Both the position numbers and the translations under genes were made by a program. Positions 9,648-20,280 of a stretch of DNA of 64,000 nt are shown here, in pieces. The notes under the pieces are model-generated. The model did no database searches, was not told the DNA's origin, and worked only from the letters and a program-made list of their open reading frames with translations. Every line of letters starts with the position of its first letter. The first letter of the stretch is position 1. The stretch is from Hyphomicrobiales bacterium (GTDB lineage: Bacteria > Pseudomonadota > Alphaproteobacteria > Rhizobiales > UBA4765): positions 1,759,485 to 1,823,484 of the forward strand of contig OZ252015.1 of NCBI GenBank assembly GCA_965247525.1. The letters are read 5' to 3'.

Positions 9648-10055
9648 ATGAAATCGCGCGATACGTTAATTCGCCTTAAGAAATTCCAGGTCGACGAAAA
9701 GCGTCGCCAAGTCTCGCAGCTTGAAGGCATGATTGCCGAATTTGAGCGCATGGCCCATGAGCTGGACCAGCAGATCCTGTCCGAGCAGGATAAGGCCGGC
9801 ATTCATGATGCCACACACTTTGCCTATCCGACATTTGCGAAAGCCGCGATGACGCGCAAAGAAAACCTTCTTGCCTCAGCCGATGGTCTGCGTGGCCAGC
9901 TGGAAGCGGCGCGCGGTGCTTTGTCCGACGCGTTCGATGAGATGAAAAAAGTGGAGCTGCTCGACGAGCGTGACCGCGAAGCGGAGCGGTCCTTGACCGC
10001 GATGCGCGACCAGGCCGAGCTGGATGAAACGGCCGCACGCCAGTTTCACGCTTAA
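9648..10055 (+). CDS. fliJ: flagellar export chaperone/stalk protein FliJ
   Basis: This is a 135-aa all-coiled-coil protein immediately after fliI, with the size and position typical of FliJ. Confidence 0.65.
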   Translation: MKSRDTLIRLKKFQVDEKRRQVSQLEGMIAEFERMAHELDQQILSEQDKAGIHDATHFAYPTFAKAAMTRKENLLASADGLRGQLEAARGALSDAFDEMKKVELLDERDREAERSLTAMRDQAELDETAARQFHA

Positions 10056-10079
10056 AACGTTTTTGACAGAGCAGACATA

Positions 10080-10110
10080 AAAGCGCGCCCTTTCGGGCGC
10101 GTTTTTTTTT
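10080..10110. terminator. bidirectional rho-independent terminator
   Basis: The sequence is aaaaGCGCGCCCtttcGGGCGCGttttttttt, located between the fliJ stop and the LysE-family gene stop. Confidence 0.6.
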
Positions 10111-10115
10111 AAAAA

Positions 10116-10772
10116 TTATTGCAGCATTTGTGACAGGTTGGACAGTTTGTCGGACGTGATCAGCAACGCCGCCATTGTCAGCAGCACGCCGACAGCCAAC
10201 GCAAAGCCGCGCCGAAAGCGCGCATCTTCAGCGCGTTTTTTCAAAGCCGCGCCGCCAAAGCCATAGCTCAGCATCGCAATGCCATCGAGCGTAAACACGC
10301 CCGCCGCCGACATTAACAGCTGCGGGACGATTGGTTTTGTCACGTTGATGAAAGGCGGCAGCACGGCGGTGAAAAACAACAGCGCTTTCGGATTGGTGAT
10401 CTGCACGATAAAGCCGTCAACAAACGCCGAGCCGCGCGTCGATTTGATTTTCTGCAGCGGATCGATTTTTTTCGAGAACGCCATTTTGAATTGCTGAAAA
10501 GCGAGCCACAAAATATACAGCGCACCGGCAAACCCGAGAAAATAGAAAAAACGCGGGAAGGCAGTAACAAGTGCACCAAGGCCAAATGCCGCGCCAATGA
10601 ACCAGCCAAGCGTGCCCGTGTTCAACCCGGCGACACCCAATGCGGCCGCGCGCTTGCCGCGCTCCATGCCAAGCGCGATTGCAAACAGATTGGCAGGTCC
10701 AGGTGCAAAAGCCATCGCAGCCATGACGCCAAGAAACGGAATAAAGCGTGAAGGATCAATGGGGAGGGGCAT
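10116..10772 (-). CDS. LysE/RhtB-family amino-acid exporter
   Basis: A 218-aa protein with about 6 TM segments. The N-terminal motif is FAPGPANLFAIALGMERGKRAA. Confidence 0.8.
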   Translation of the reverse strand: MPLPIDPSRFIPFLGVMAAMAFAPGPANLFAIALGMERGKRAAALGVAGLNTGTLGWFIGAAFGLGALVTAFPRFFYFLGFAGALYILWLAFQQFKMAFSKKIDPLQKIKSTRGSAFVDGFIVQITNPKALLFFTAVLPPFINVTKPIVPQLLMSAAGVFTLDGIAMLSYGFGGAALKKRAEDARFRRGFALAVGVLLTMAALLITSDKLSNLSQMLQ

Positions 10773-10774
10773 GT

Positions 10775-11884
10775 TTAACGGCCTATGATTTTATCATATC
10801 CATAGGCAAAAAGCCGATCACCGGCAATGCCTCCTGCAGCGCCGCCAATAAATCCGCCCAAAATGTTTTTTGCGAATGAGGGTTTTCCAAGCCGCATAAC
10901 CGTATAAACAAAACCAAGTGCGCCGATGGCTCTGCCAGAAAAACGAACAGTTTCGCGGCCAATCGGAAAATGTGTCGGCGAGTTGTTTCGATCTGACGTA
11001 AGGCAACGATCTAAATCTTGGATAAGGTAATATCCCGCTGCCAATGCAGCAACACCTCCAACGACATAATTCGATCGAACAGATTTTCCGACCTTTTGTG
11101 CGCGTGATGAGATTTGAACAAGATTGTTTTTGACCGTTGTAAGAATTTCATGCTCGCTCGCAAACCTCATAAGATCGTTGGTTTTTTCAACATAGGGTAC
11201 AATTTGATTGAGACGAGTATTTCTCTCAATAAGTTTCAGCGCCGTTTCATTGTTCGACTGTAAATTGCGAAGCTTTATTTTGTTAATTGTACCAATATCC
11301 GAAATAATATTTTCTCTCATTCCTTTAAATATTTTTGCAATCTCGCTCTGACGGGCTATAACTTGTTTTTTCATTATAGAATGGGTTATTTCTGCTTTAG
11401 GCAACACATCTTTCGCAATGGTTTCCATCTCGATTTTGGTCTCAGCTATTTTTTGATCGAGCAAACTTATGCGTCTGACAGCCGCATTCTTAAAAAATGA
11501 CAGATTTTCCTGACTGGCCATTTCTTTTTGCACATTGGCAAAAGACTTTAGGCCAACTTCAAGATTGACGCGTTCAATTTTTGCTGCAATTTTTAGTTTG
11601 GACAAAGGCTTTGTTGACTTAACTGGCGTATCGCTATCTTGAATCAAAGATGATAAATTTACGCTGTCTTCAAAAACGGCGTTATGAAGTGAAATGCGGG
11701 ATTTGACGGGTTCAAAAATATCGCGTGTTTTCGTGAGTGATTTTTGAAAATAACGCTTTTTTTCGCGTTGAATGCCAAAAGACAGTCCCATCAATGCAAC
11801 AGGGCTGAGTGGCAGAAAATCGAGCGGTCGATCTTTTTGCTCAACGTTCAATGACGACGTCTGAAGTGCCAAAGTGGTTTTCAT
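10775..11884 (-). CDS. hypothetical coiled-coil protein with C-terminal glycine-zipper hydrophobic segments, AT-rich
   Basis: The start is set at the ATG at 11884 (MKTTLALQTSSLNVEQ); the ORF-track start at 11896 is a TTG. The middle is K/E/I/N-rich. The C-terminus carries VVGGVAALAAGYYL and ILGGFIGGAAGGIAGD. I recognise no family. Confidence 0.5.
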   Translation of the reverse strand: MKTTLALQTSSLNVEQKDRPLDFLPLSPVALMGLSFGIQREKKRYFQKSLTKTRDIFEPVKSRISLHNAVFEDSVNLSSLIQDSDTPVKSTKPLSKLKIAAKIERVNLEVGLKSFANVQKEMASQENLSFFKNAAVRRISLLDQKIAETKIEMETIAKDVLPKAEITHSIMKKQVIARQSEIAKIFKGMRENIISDIGTINKIKLRNLQSNNETALKLIERNTRLNQIVPYVEKTNDLMRFASEHEILTTVKNNLVQISSRAQKVGKSVRSNYVVGGVAALAAGYYLIQDLDRCLTSDRNNSPTHFPIGRETVRFSGRAIGALGFVYTVMRLGKPSFAKNILGGFIGGAAGGIAGDRLFAYGYDKIIGR

Positions 11885-11973
11885 AAAATAATCCAAAGCT
11901 GATATACAATATATATGTCAGCCATATTTTTTTATTCTGGAAAGAGCAAGTCCTAAGATCTGAAATGACCGTT

Positions 11974-14094
11974 TTAAACCACGCCCACTGTCTTCAGGCG
12001 TGCGCGCGGGTGAATTTCGGCCTGTGACATCACAACGGTCTGCGCGCGGAACCGCTCAACGATCTGGCGGACATAGGGGCGGATGCCAGGCGATGTCAGA
12101 AGAACAGGAATTTCGCCTTCCTGCGCGGCCTTTTCAAATTTCTCACGCACCAGCGTGATAAATTCATGCAATTTTGAGGGTGCCATTGCCAGCTGCTTGT
12201 CGTCGCCCGATCCGATCAGGCTTTCGGCAAAGGCCTGCTCCCACACCGGTGACAGCGTAATGAGTGTCAGCACGCCCTCATGGTTCTGGTTGGCCGCACA
12301 AATCTGGCGGGCAAGGCGCGCGCGCACCGCTTCGGCCACAAACATCGGGTTGCGCGTGGTGCCGACGATTTCGGCAACGCCTTCGAGAATGGTCGGCAGA
12401 TCGCGAATGGAGACGCGCTCGGTCAACAGCATTTGCAGAACGCGCTGAATGCCCGATATGTTGATCTGCGACGGCACGATATCTTCGACAAGTTTCTGCT
12501 GCTGTTTTGGCAGTTCTTTCAAAAGCTCCTGCACATTTGCGTAAGACAGCAGCTCCGACATGTTCGCCTTCATCACTTCAGTCAGATGTGTTGACAGCAC
12601 GGTCGAGGCATCGACCACCGTGTAGCCGCGGAAGGATGCTTCATCGCGGTAGACCGCATCGACCCAGCTGCAGGGCAGGCCGAATGTGGGTTCAACAGTG
12701 TGCGTGCCAGGCAGGTCGATCTGCGCGCCGGACGGGTTCATGACCATGAACTGGCCGGGGATCAAGCGGCCTTTGCCGCTGTCGACTTCCTTGATTTTGA
12801 TGATGTAGTCCTGCGCGCCGAGCTGCATGTTATCGACGATACGCACCGCAGGCATAATGAAACCCATTTCAGAGGCGATCTGACGGCGCAGCGCCTTGAT
12901 CTGGTCGGTGAGGCGATCATCGCCGCCTTTGCCGTCAATCAGCGACAGCAGGCCGTAACCGATTTCAACGCGCAGCTCGTCCATTTTCAAAGCGGTTGTG
13001 ATGGGCTCTTCGGCTGGCGCTGCTTCCGCCGCAACCTCGGCAGCTTTGATCTTTGCCTCGACAGCGATCTCGCGTTTTTGTTTGCGGCTGACAGAAAAAG
13101 CGAGCCAACCTGCGCCAGCGGCGAGTGCCATGAACGGCAGCATCGGAATACCGGGTAGCAAGCCCATCAACCCCATTACGGCCGACGACATGCCAAGCGC
13201 GCGCGGGTAATGCGAGAACTGTTTGATCAGCGCCTGATCGGCAGCGCCGCTGACACCGGCCTTGGACACGAGCAAACCGGCCGCAATCGAAATGATCAGC
13301 GCTGGAACCTGCGCCACAAGGCCTTCACCCACGGTGAGAAGCGTATAGCTGTGACCGGCATCGGCAAAGCTCAAACCCTGCTGCGCCACGCCGATGATGA
13401 GACCGCCGATGATGTTGATAAATGTAATCAGCAGGCCGGCAATAGCATCGCCCTTGACGAATTTGCTCGCGCCGTCCATCGCGCCGAAAAAGCTGGCTTC
13501 GTCTTCAAGCGCTTTGCGGCGCTCGCGCGCGACTTTTTCGTCGATCAGCCCTGCCGACAAATCGGCATCGATCGCCATCTGTTTGCCCGGCATCGCGTCG
13601 AGGGTGAACCTTGCGGCCACCTCGGCAATACGGCCCGAGCCTTTGGTGATAACGACGAAGTTGACGATGACGAGAATGGCGAACACGATCACGCCGATGA
13701 CGAAGTTGCCGCCCATGACGAAGTTGCCAAAGGCCTCGATGACGGCGCCGGCCGAATTCGTGCCTTCATGGCCATGGCTGAGAATCAAACGCGTTGACGC
13801 GATGTTCAGCGACAGCCGCATCAGGGTTGCGATCAGCAGCACGGTTGGGAAGACCGAAAATTCAAGCGGTTCGCGGATGAACAGGGCCGTCATCAAAATC
13901 AGGACAGCGGCGGTGATTGAAAAGGCCAGCGACATGTCGAGCAGCCAGCTCGGCATCGGCAACAACAGAACGGCGATAATGACAAGAACGCCAAGGCCAA
14001 GCGCCATGTCGCCGCGGCGCAGCGTGTCGACCACTTTGCGGAGCGTGAGGCCTTGCGAAGAAGGCGCTGGTAGTTTTGCCGAACCTGCGGTCAT
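11974..14094 (-). CDS. flhA: flagellar export gate protein FlhA
   Basis: FHIPEP-family signatures are present: ARFTLDAMPGKQMAIDADL, FVKGDAIAG, TVGEGLVAQVPALIIS. It is 706 aa with 8 TM segments plus a cytoplasmic domain. Confidence 0.93.
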   Translation of the reverse strand: MTAGSAKLPAPSSQGLTLRKVVDTLRRGDMALGLGVLVIIAVLLLPMPSWLLDMSLAFSITAAVLILMTALFIREPLEFSVFPTVLLIATLMRLSLNIASTRLILSHGHEGTNSAGAVIEAFGNFVMGGNFVIGVIVFAILVIVNFVVITKGSGRIAEVAARFTLDAMPGKQMAIDADLSAGLIDEKVARERRKALEDEASFFGAMDGASKFVKGDAIAGLLITFINIIGGLIIGVAQQGLSFADAGHSYTLLTVGEGLVAQVPALIISIAAGLLVSKAGVSGAADQALIKQFSHYPRALGMSSAVMGLMGLLPGIPMLPFMALAAGAGWLAFSVSRKQKREIAVEAKIKAAEVAAEAAPAEEPITTALKMDELRVEIGYGLLSLIDGKGGDDRLTDQIKALRRQIASEMGFIMPAVRIVDNMQLGAQDYIIKIKEVDSGKGRLIPGQFMVMNPSGAQIDLPGTHTVEPTFGLPCSWVDAVYRDEASFRGYTVVDASTVLSTHLTEVMKANMSELLSYANVQELLKELPKQQQKLVEDIVPSQINISGIQRVLQMLLTERVSIRDLPTILEGVAEIVGTTRNPMFVAEAVRARLARQICAANQNHEGVLTLITLSPVWEQAFAESLIGSGDDKQLAMAPSKLHEFITLVREKFEKAAQEGEIPVLLTSPGIRPYVRQIVERFRAQTVVMSQAEIHPRARLKTVGVV

Positions 14095-14250
14095 TTAACT
14101 CTGTTTTTCCCAAGGCGCCCTTCGCCAAGCTCAGGGCATTCGGGTCACAAAAAGCGTCACAGGCGCTTTTTGCCCGGCTTTCACCGAGACGCCCTCATAG
14201 GCAAATTCTGCCGAGTTCATGGTTAAAGGAGAGTTAAGAAGATGAGAAAG

Positions 14251-15618
14251 TTACGCCACTTCGGAGCGGTTTTGCCCTGACTCTGGAATATCAATGCCGA
14301 TGGCTGAGTATTCATTGAGCTTGTTGCGCAAGGTGCGAATGGAAATGCCAAGAATATTGGCGGCATGCGTGCGGTTGCCAAGGCAATGGTCAAGCGTATC
14401 GAGGATTAAATCGCGCTCCACATCCGCAACCGTGCGGCCGACAAGCGCGCGCGTAACGGCTTCCGCCGTTGCTGCTGCGGTTTCGGCAGGGCCTTGCGGC
14501 ACTTTAACATTGAGCGTTGCCCCGTCGGGCGACAGGATGGCGTCAGCGCCGATTTCAATGCCGTTCGCCAGCAGAACGGCGCGGTGCATGGTGTTTTCCA
14601 ATTCGCGCACATTGCCCGGCCACGGCGCTGCAAGCAGCGCGCCGCGCGCGTCTTTTGAAAGCTCACGCACGGGAATGCTGTTTTGCGCCGAATATTTTTT
14701 GATGAAATGTTCGGCCATCGCCAGAATGTCGTTCGGGCGCTCACGCAATGGCGGAATACGCAAATTCATGACGTTCAGGCGAAACAGCAGATCTTCCCGG
14801 AACGTACCTTTTTTGACCTCTTCCGACAGATTGCGGTTGGAGGTTGCAAGAATACGGATATTGACGGGCACAGGCTTTGAGCCGCCGACACGGTCAATCA
14901 CGCGCTCCTGAAGCGCACGCAAAAGCTTGGCCTGCAGGCGCACATCCATTTCCGAAATTTCGTCGAGCAGAAGCGTGCCGCCATCGGCCTCTTCAAACTT
15001 GCCGATACGGCGGGCGATTGCGCCGGTGAACGCGCCTTTTTCGTGGCCGAACAATTCTGATTCAAGAAGCGCTTCCGGCATCGCCGCGCAATTGATGGCA
15101 ATAAATGGTTTGGAAGCGCGCTGTGATTTTTGGTGGAGAAAGCGCGCAAGCACTTCCTTGCCGGTTCCGCTTTCGCCCGTTATCAGGATTGAGGCTTCCG
15201 ATGCGGCCACCTGTTCGGCAAGGCGGACGACGCGCATCATGGCTTCGTCTTTGGCGATAAAGTCGAGACTGTCGCGCGCGACGGCGGCAAGAATGGCGGC
15301 AATCAGTTCCGCGTCCGGAGGCAGCGGAATATATTCTTTCGCGCCGGCTTCGATGGCGGCGACAGCGGCCTTGGCGTTGGATTCAACCCCGCAGGCAACA
15401 ACCGGAACATGGATTTTTTCAAGATTGAGCTGCTTGATGAGATCGACAATGCTCAATGACACATCAATCATCACAAGATCGGCGCCGCGACCTGAGCGCA
15501 AATGGCTCATCGCCATATCGACAGTCTCGGCATTTGTGACCTTGGCGCCTTGCATATGGGCAAGACGGGTGGCCTCTCCAAGCTGGCCTTTCAGCGTGCC
15601 GACAATCATTAAGCGCAT
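14251..15618 (-). CDS. flbD: sigma-54-dependent flagellar transcription activator FlbD
   Basis: MRLMIVGTLKGQLGEATRLAHMQGAKV is a FlbD-type atypical receiver. The AAA+ core has GESGTGKE and GAFTG. A C-terminal Fis-type HTH is present. The gene is last in the fliF operon, as in Caulobacter. Confidence 0.85.
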   Translation of the reverse strand: MRLMIVGTLKGQLGEATRLAHMQGAKVTNAETVDMAMSHLRSGRGADLVMIDVSLSIVDLIKQLNLEKIHVPVVACGVESNAKAAVAAIEAGAKEYIPLPPDAELIAAILAAVARDSLDFIAKDEAMMRVVRLAEQVAASEASILITGESGTGKEVLARFLHQKSQRASKPFIAINCAAMPEALLESELFGHEKGAFTGAIARRIGKFEEADGGTLLLDEISEMDVRLQAKLLRALQERVIDRVGGSKPVPVNIRILATSNRNLSEEVKKGTFREDLLFRLNVMNLRIPPLRERPNDILAMAEHFIKKYSAQNSIPVRELSKDARGALLAAPWPGNVRELENTMHRAVLLANGIEIGADAILSPDGATLNVKVPQGPAETAAATAEAVTRALVGRTVADVERDLILDTLDHCLGNRTHAANILGISIRTLRNKLNEYSAIGIDIPESGQNRSEVA

Positions 15619-15637
15619 AATTTAAAATCCCTAAAGT

Positions 15638-15985
15638 CTAGTCTTTATCGGCTTTAATGATCTCTGTCATCGTTACGCCGAGCTTATTTTCGACAAGCAC
15701 AACTTCCCCGCGTGCCACAAGCCGGTTGTTCACATAAATATCAATGGCTTCACCCACTTTGCGGTCAAGCTCGAGAACCGAACCAACACCAAGTTTCAGC
15801 AATTGCCCCACTTCCATCCGTGCACGGCCAAGGATCGCCGAGACGTTGACGGGCACATCGAAGACCGCCTCAAGCTCGTTGGCGGTGCGTGTGGTTGGTT
15901 CATTGCCAAAGCCGGGATTGGCGGCAGGCGGCAGATTGTCGCCGCCTGACTTGTCCATGTTTTGCAATGGGAAATTCTCGGTCAT
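15638..15985 (-). CDS. fliN: flagellar C-ring protein FliN
   Basis: The SpoA domain reads VPVNVSAILGRARMEVGQLLKLGVGSVLELDRKVGEAIDIYVNNRLVARGEVVLVENKLGVTM. Confidence 0.85.
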   Translation of the reverse strand: MTENFPLQNMDKSGGDNLPPAANPGFGNEPTTRTANELEAVFDVPVNVSAILGRARMEVGQLLKLGVGSVLELDRKVGEAIDIYVNNRLVARGEVVLVENKLGVTMTEIIKADKD

Positions 15986-16608
15986 AAAGGCTCCTTCTGA
16001 GCGTCATCGTCGGTCAAGATGCCGGCTCGTTTGTCGAGAAAGCGCGTGATCGCGTCTTCAATTTTTGCGGTGATTTCACTTTGGCTGCGTTCGAACCCGC
16101 CATCGGCCCATTCAATCTTGCAATCACCGGGGCGTTTGTCGGGATCGCCAAGAACAATCAGGCGGCCTTCAATGCCGCGCTCATAGGTCAGTTTTTTCAA
16201 ATGTTGTTCAACGGTTGCAACGCTGTCAGGATGAACATGAAAAACGATGTGCGGGCATTTGCGCAGCGAATCGAGGCATTGCGACGCCATTGCCGCAATC
16301 GCTGCGGAAGGTTCGGCATCCAGCAAATGGCCGGCCAATGTTTTAGCAATCTGGACGGCGAGCGTAATGGCTTCGCGCTCAATGGCGGCGCGCTGGGTGT
16401 CAAGATTTTCAATCAGCGAATGCGTCAGCCTGCTCATTGTGTTGGCCAGCAGCGAATCCATTTCCTTCATTCCTGCGCTATAGCCGCGCTGCTCTGCAAC
16501 AGGCACAAGATCTTTCAGCTCGGCGATTTCAGCTTCAAGCTTTTTAACTTCGCTGCCTTCAACACCCGAGAACTCGTTCGAAATTATAAATTTTGCAGGG
16601 TGTGTCAT
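15982..16608 (-). CDS. fliH: FliH/FlbE-like flagellar export protein
   Basis: A 208-aa protein between fliG and fliN, with 4-nt overlaps on both sides. It has a coiled-coil N-half and a FliH-like C-half. The call rests mainly on position. Confidence 0.6.
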   Translation of the reverse strand: MTHPAKFIISNEFSGVEGSEVKKLEAEIAELKDLVPVAEQRGYSAGMKEMDSLLANTMSRLTHSLIENLDTQRAAIEREAITLAVQIAKTLAGHLLDAEPSAAIAAMASQCLDSLRKCPHIVFHVHPDSVATVEQHLKKLTYERGIEGRLIVLGDPDKRPGDCKIEWADGGFERSQSEITAKIEDAITRFLDKRAGILTDDDAQKEPL

Positions 16609-17648
16609 TAGTAGATCAACTCATCATCGCCGCCGCGCGTTTTGGCAATAATAATTTCGCCCCGCGCTGCCATGTCCTTTGCCACATTGACCATCAGCGA
16701 TTGTGCTTCGTCAACATCTTTAAGGCGCACGGGCCCAAGCGAACCCATATCGTCTTTCATGTTCTGGGCCGCGCGTGCCGACATGTTGGAAAAGAAGAAA
16801 TCGCGGATGGTTTCGTTTGCGCCTTTGAGCGCAATCGCAAGTTTGTCTTTCTCAACGCCGCGAAGAAGTGTCTGAATGCTGCCGCTGTCAAGTTTGCCCA
16901 GATCTTCAAAGGTGAACATCAGCGACTTGATTTTTTCGGCAGCCTCGCGTGAGCGGTGCTCCAGCGCCGTCATGAAACGCGCTTCGGTCTGGCGGTCAAA
17001 ACCAATGAAAATTTCAGCCATCGCTTGATGTGCATCGCGCCGTGAGGTCGTTGCGAGATTTGACATGAACTCGCCGCGAAGGGTCTGTTCGACCCGCTCC
17101 AGAACGTCCTTTTGTACGGCTTCCATGCGCAGCATGCGCGCGACCACTTCCATCGCGAAGTCTTCCGGAAAGATGGCAAGAACGCGGGCGGCATGGTCAG
17201 GGCGAATTTTTGACAAAACGACCGCCGCTGTCTGCGGATATTCGTTTTTCAAATAGGTTGCGAGGACGTCTTCCTGAACGTTTGAAAGTTTTTCCCACAT
17301 ATTGCGGCCTGCAGGCCCGCGGATTTCTTCCATGATCGTGCCGACACGGTCTTGCGGCAAAAAGCGCTGCAGAAGTTTTTCGGTTGAATCGAAATTGCCC
17401 ATCAGCGCACCGGCATCGCCCATGCGTGAGATAAACGAAAAGAAAACCTCTTCCATCGCGCCGCTGTCGACAGCGCCAAGATGTGACATCGTCGATGAAA
17501 TGTCTTTGACTTCGTCTTCGCTCAAAGCCTTCCACACCTCGGTTCCGTTTTCGGGGCCGAGTGCAAGGAGAAGAAGGGCGGCGCGCTCAATGCCGGACAT
17601 GGATTTGCGGGGGCGTGCGGGAGATTGGGTCTGTGCTGAACTGGCCAT
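16608..17648 (-). CDS. fliG: flagellar rotor protein FliG
   Basis: It has the typical FliG architecture, with [18 protein letters not shown] and the C-terminal torque helix region. It lies directly after fliF. Confidence 0.9.
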   Translation of the reverse strand: MASSAQTQSPARPRKSMSGIERAALLLLALGPENGTEVWKALSEDEVKDISSTMSHLGAVDSGAMEEVFFSFISRMGDAGALMGNFDSTEKLLQRFLPQDRVGTIMEEIRGPAGRNMWEKLSNVQEDVLATYLKNEYPQTAAVVLSKIRPDHAARVLAIFPEDFAMEVVARMLRMEAVQKDVLERVEQTLRGEFMSNLATTSRRDAHQAMAEIFIGFDRQTEARFMTALEHRSREAAEKIKSLMFTFEDLGKLDSGSIQTLLRGVEKDKLAIALKGANETIRDFFFSNMSARAAQNMKDDMGSLGPVRLKDVDEAQSLMVNVAKDMAARGEIIIAKTRGGDDELIY

Positions 17649-19288
17649 TACGCTGCTTTCTCATTCATCCAGGTGCGAATGACGGCGGCGGTTTCATTTG
17701 GGTTGTTACGCACCAGCTCACCGACTTTTTCGACGCTTTCTTTACGCAGAGATCCGTTGGCCATTGCGTTGTCGAGTGCTTTCGATGTCGTTGAGTCAGC
17801 AACCGACTGAGTGACGTTAAGTGTTTGGGCAATCGCGGCCTGCTGCTCATTTGGCGAAGCATTGGCCAGTGAAGGCTGTGCATTGACAGTTGCGCCGGCA
17901 GTTGGTGCCAGAACCGACTTGATCAGTGGCCGCACGCCGAACAGCAGCATCAGCAGACCGAGGATGAAGATAACGGCCGTTTCGGCGATACGGTAATAAT
18001 CTTCCATGCCGAGTTTTGGAATCATCGATGCGGGCTCTTCAGCCGCCAACTCGATGGCTGGCGCATCAGCAAAGCGCAGATTGACAATTTCCACTTTGTC
18101 GCCGCGCTTTTCATCATAGCCAATGGCGGAGCGAACAAGATCGCCGATGCGTTTGAGCTCATCATCAGCGCGCGGTGTGTAATTCATTTTGTCGCCGTCT
18201 TTGGCATAAGTGCCGTCGACGAGAACAGCAACAGAGATGCGTTTCACGCGGCCAGCTTCAAGAATTTCCGTGCGCGAGGTGCGTGAAATTTCATAGTTGA
18301 CGGTTTCATTTGTTTTTTCATTGCTGTCGCCACCCGCGCCAGCTCCGCCGGGAGGAACAATGCCGCCTGGAATTTCATTGGCAACACTGACCTGATTTGT
18401 GCCGCCTTTGCCGCTTGTCGATTTTTCTTCATTGGTCTGCGTAGAGCGGACAACCCGGCTCTCAGGGTCAAAGAGATCTTGCGTCTGCGTCACGCGGTTC
18501 CAGTCAAGCTCGGCAGAGACCTGCACTTTGGAGCGGCCAGCGCCAACAACGCGGTTGAGAATATCTTCGATTTGCGATTTGAAACGCGCTTCCTGTCCTT
18601 GCGCTTTTTCTTCCATCGCGCCCGCCATCACTTCATTCTCATCGCCGCGGCCTGTGGCAAGAAGATGGCCTTCTTCATCGACGATCGAAACGGAGGCCGG
18701 TTTCATACCGGGAACGGCTGAAGCGACCAGATGCTGAATGGCTTTGACCTGCGCGCTCTCTAAACTGCCACGCAGTTTCAAAACGATGGAGGCAGTTGTC
18801 TCCTGCTTGTCTTTTGAAAACAGCTGGCGCTCGGGCATAACAAGATGAACGCGTGCGGAACTGACTTTGTCGATCTCGACGATGGAGCGGGACAATTCGC
18901 CCTCCATGGCGCGCAGGTGGTTGATGTTCTGGACGAAGCTGGTTGTGCCCAGTGCTTCTGATTTGTCAAAAATTTCATAGCCAACGCCGCCGCCTTTCGG
19001 CAGGCCCTGTTCGGCAAGGCTCATGCGAAGTTTGGCAACTTGGTCGCTAGGGACCTGAACGACAGTGCCGTCAAACTTCAATTCATAAGGGACACCGGCG
19101 CGCTCTAACTCTTTGACGACCTGCGACGAGTCGCGCAGCGACATGTCGGAGAACAGCGTGACGAGGTGAGGACTGTTCCAGCGCATCATGATAAAGGCAA
19201 AAAACCCGATCATCATCGCTGTCACCGCGATCATCGCTGCGATGCGCCCGGCACCGAATGTTTTTATGAAAGCAACAAAACCGTTCAC
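17648..19288 (-). CDS. fliF: flagellar MS-ring protein FliF
   Basis: A 546-aa protein with N- and C-terminal TM segments. It has a YscJ/FliF-family periplasmic region (..[18 protein letters not shown]..). Confidence 0.9.
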   Translation of the reverse strand: MNGFVAFIKTFGAGRIAAMIAVTAMMIGFFAFIMMRWNSPHLVTLFSDMSLRDSSQVVKELERAGVPYELKFDGTVVQVPSDQVAKLRMSLAEQGLPKGGGVGYEIFDKSEALGTTSFVQNINHLRAMEGELSRSIVEIDKVSSARVHLVMPERQLFSKDKQETTASIVLKLRGSLESAQVKAIQHLVASAVPGMKPASVSIVDEEGHLLATGRGDENEVMAGAMEEKAQGQEARFKSQIEDILNRVVGAGRSKVQVSAELDWNRVTQTQDLFDPESRVVRSTQTNEEKSTSGKGGTNQVSVANEIPGGIVPPGGAGAGGDSNEKTNETVNYEISRTSRTEILEAGRVKRISVAVLVDGTYAKDGDKMNYTPRADDELKRIGDLVRSAIGYDEKRGDKVEIVNLRFADAPAIELAAEEPASMIPKLGMEDYYRIAETAVIFILGLLMLLFGVRPLIKSVLAPTAGATVNAQPSLANASPNEQQAAIAQTLNVTQSVADSTTSKALDNAMANGSLRKESVEKVGELVRNNPNETAAVIRTWMNEKAA

Positions 19289-19469
19289 GCTGGCAACCTT
19301 TGTAACTGATAGGTTTTCAAAAAATTCTAAAAGCCTTAGGCAAAATTTGCCTAGTTTATGGTAAAGATCGGGTTAACGATTTGCCCGAACTGGTTTTTTT
19401 GCTCGAATTTTTGCTAGACATCCCCGCTCTGAGGGCTGTATTGGTTAATTTTTGTTAAGGATTAGACCA

Positions 19470-20198
19470 ATGTCAGATTTAAAAATGATCGCTTCACGCC
19501 CGTTTTTTGCAGATTATGCGAGCCGCAAGGCCGCAATCGACGCCAACAAAATCCAGAGCCTGCTTCAGGACTACAACAAGGCGTTTTATCAAAAAAACAT
19601 TGCCGACTATCAAAGCCGCGGTCTTACGTTCAATGCAAAAATCATTGAGGGCGGCGCATTCGACGCCCTGACAAGCGATTTGGGCCCGGCTTGGGCAGCC
19701 CTTGCGGCCTCAATGTCATCGTCGGGTAAAATCTCCACCGAGGCGCTGGCCGCCGGTTTGGTCAAGCAGCTTGATACGGGCAATCCGAACGGAAAGATCG
19801 ATCTGTCTGAAGTGCTGGCATGGAATGCCGCGCAAAAAGACGCATTTTTTGAAACGAGTCTGCAGGACAAAGCCTTCAATCTCGTCGCCAGCCCAAAGGG
19901 ATATATCACGCAAAGCTCGCTGGAAAATTTCTTCAAGACCTATGCAGGTCAGGACGGTGTGTTCAGCGTCGACAAGATCAAGGCGCTTGCGGCCGACGAC
20001 ACGGATGAAGGCAGAAAAGCGGTCTTTAAGGCCCTTGCAGATACGCTAAAGCCAAAAGACAGCGCTTCTGGCGCAAGTGTCGCAAGGCTTGCGGGCCGGT
20101 TCATGACCAAGAATGATGCGCAAGGCCCGGATGATGCCGACCAGATCGTCGATTATCATGAGATTGACGGCGTGTTCGATACATCGACGCAGCGCTAG
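19470..20198 (+). CDS. hypothetical protein, 242 aa
   Basis: The start is set at the ATG at 19470 (AAGGA 9 nt upstream). The sequence is A/K/D/S-rich with no TM segment. A large terminator hairpin follows. Confidence 0.5.
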   Translation: MSDLKMIASRPFFADYASRKAAIDANKIQSLLQDYNKAFYQKNIADYQSRGLTFNAKIIEGGAFDALTSDLGPAWAALAASMSSSGKISTEALAAGLVKQLDTGNPNGKIDLSEVLAWNAAQKDAFFETSLQDKAFNLVASPKGYITQSSLENFFKTYAGQDGVFSVDKIKALAADDTDEGRKAVFKALADTLKPKDSASGASVARLAGRFMTKNDAQGPDDADQIVDYHEIDGVFDTSTQR

Positions 20199-20204
20199 AC
20201 CTAC

Positions 20205-20270
20205 AAAAAAACGCCCCTTGAATTGTGCCGTTTGCAAAAAGGCAAAGGCACAAAGGGGCGTTTTTAATTT
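20205..20270. terminator. bidirectional terminator (nested hairpin)
   Basis: aaaaaaACGCCCCTT (20211-20219) pairs with AAGGGGCGTttttt (20253-20261), with an inner TGTGCC/GGCACA stem. It sits between convergent stops. Confidence 0.55.
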
Positions 20271-20280
20271 TTAGGGTGTT

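Noticed and set aside
12083-14098. Long antisense or alternate-frame ORFs inside flhA. Similar ones occur inside flbD (14927-15625), fliG/fliF, sctV (28181-29348), sctN, the secretin-N gene (43236-43952), the 1133-aa gene (45443-46066, 47085-47735), MCM and the EF-hand gene.
   Set aside because: These are GC-rich shadow ORFs with Arg/Ala/Ser/Pro-rich products that overlap strongly supported genes.
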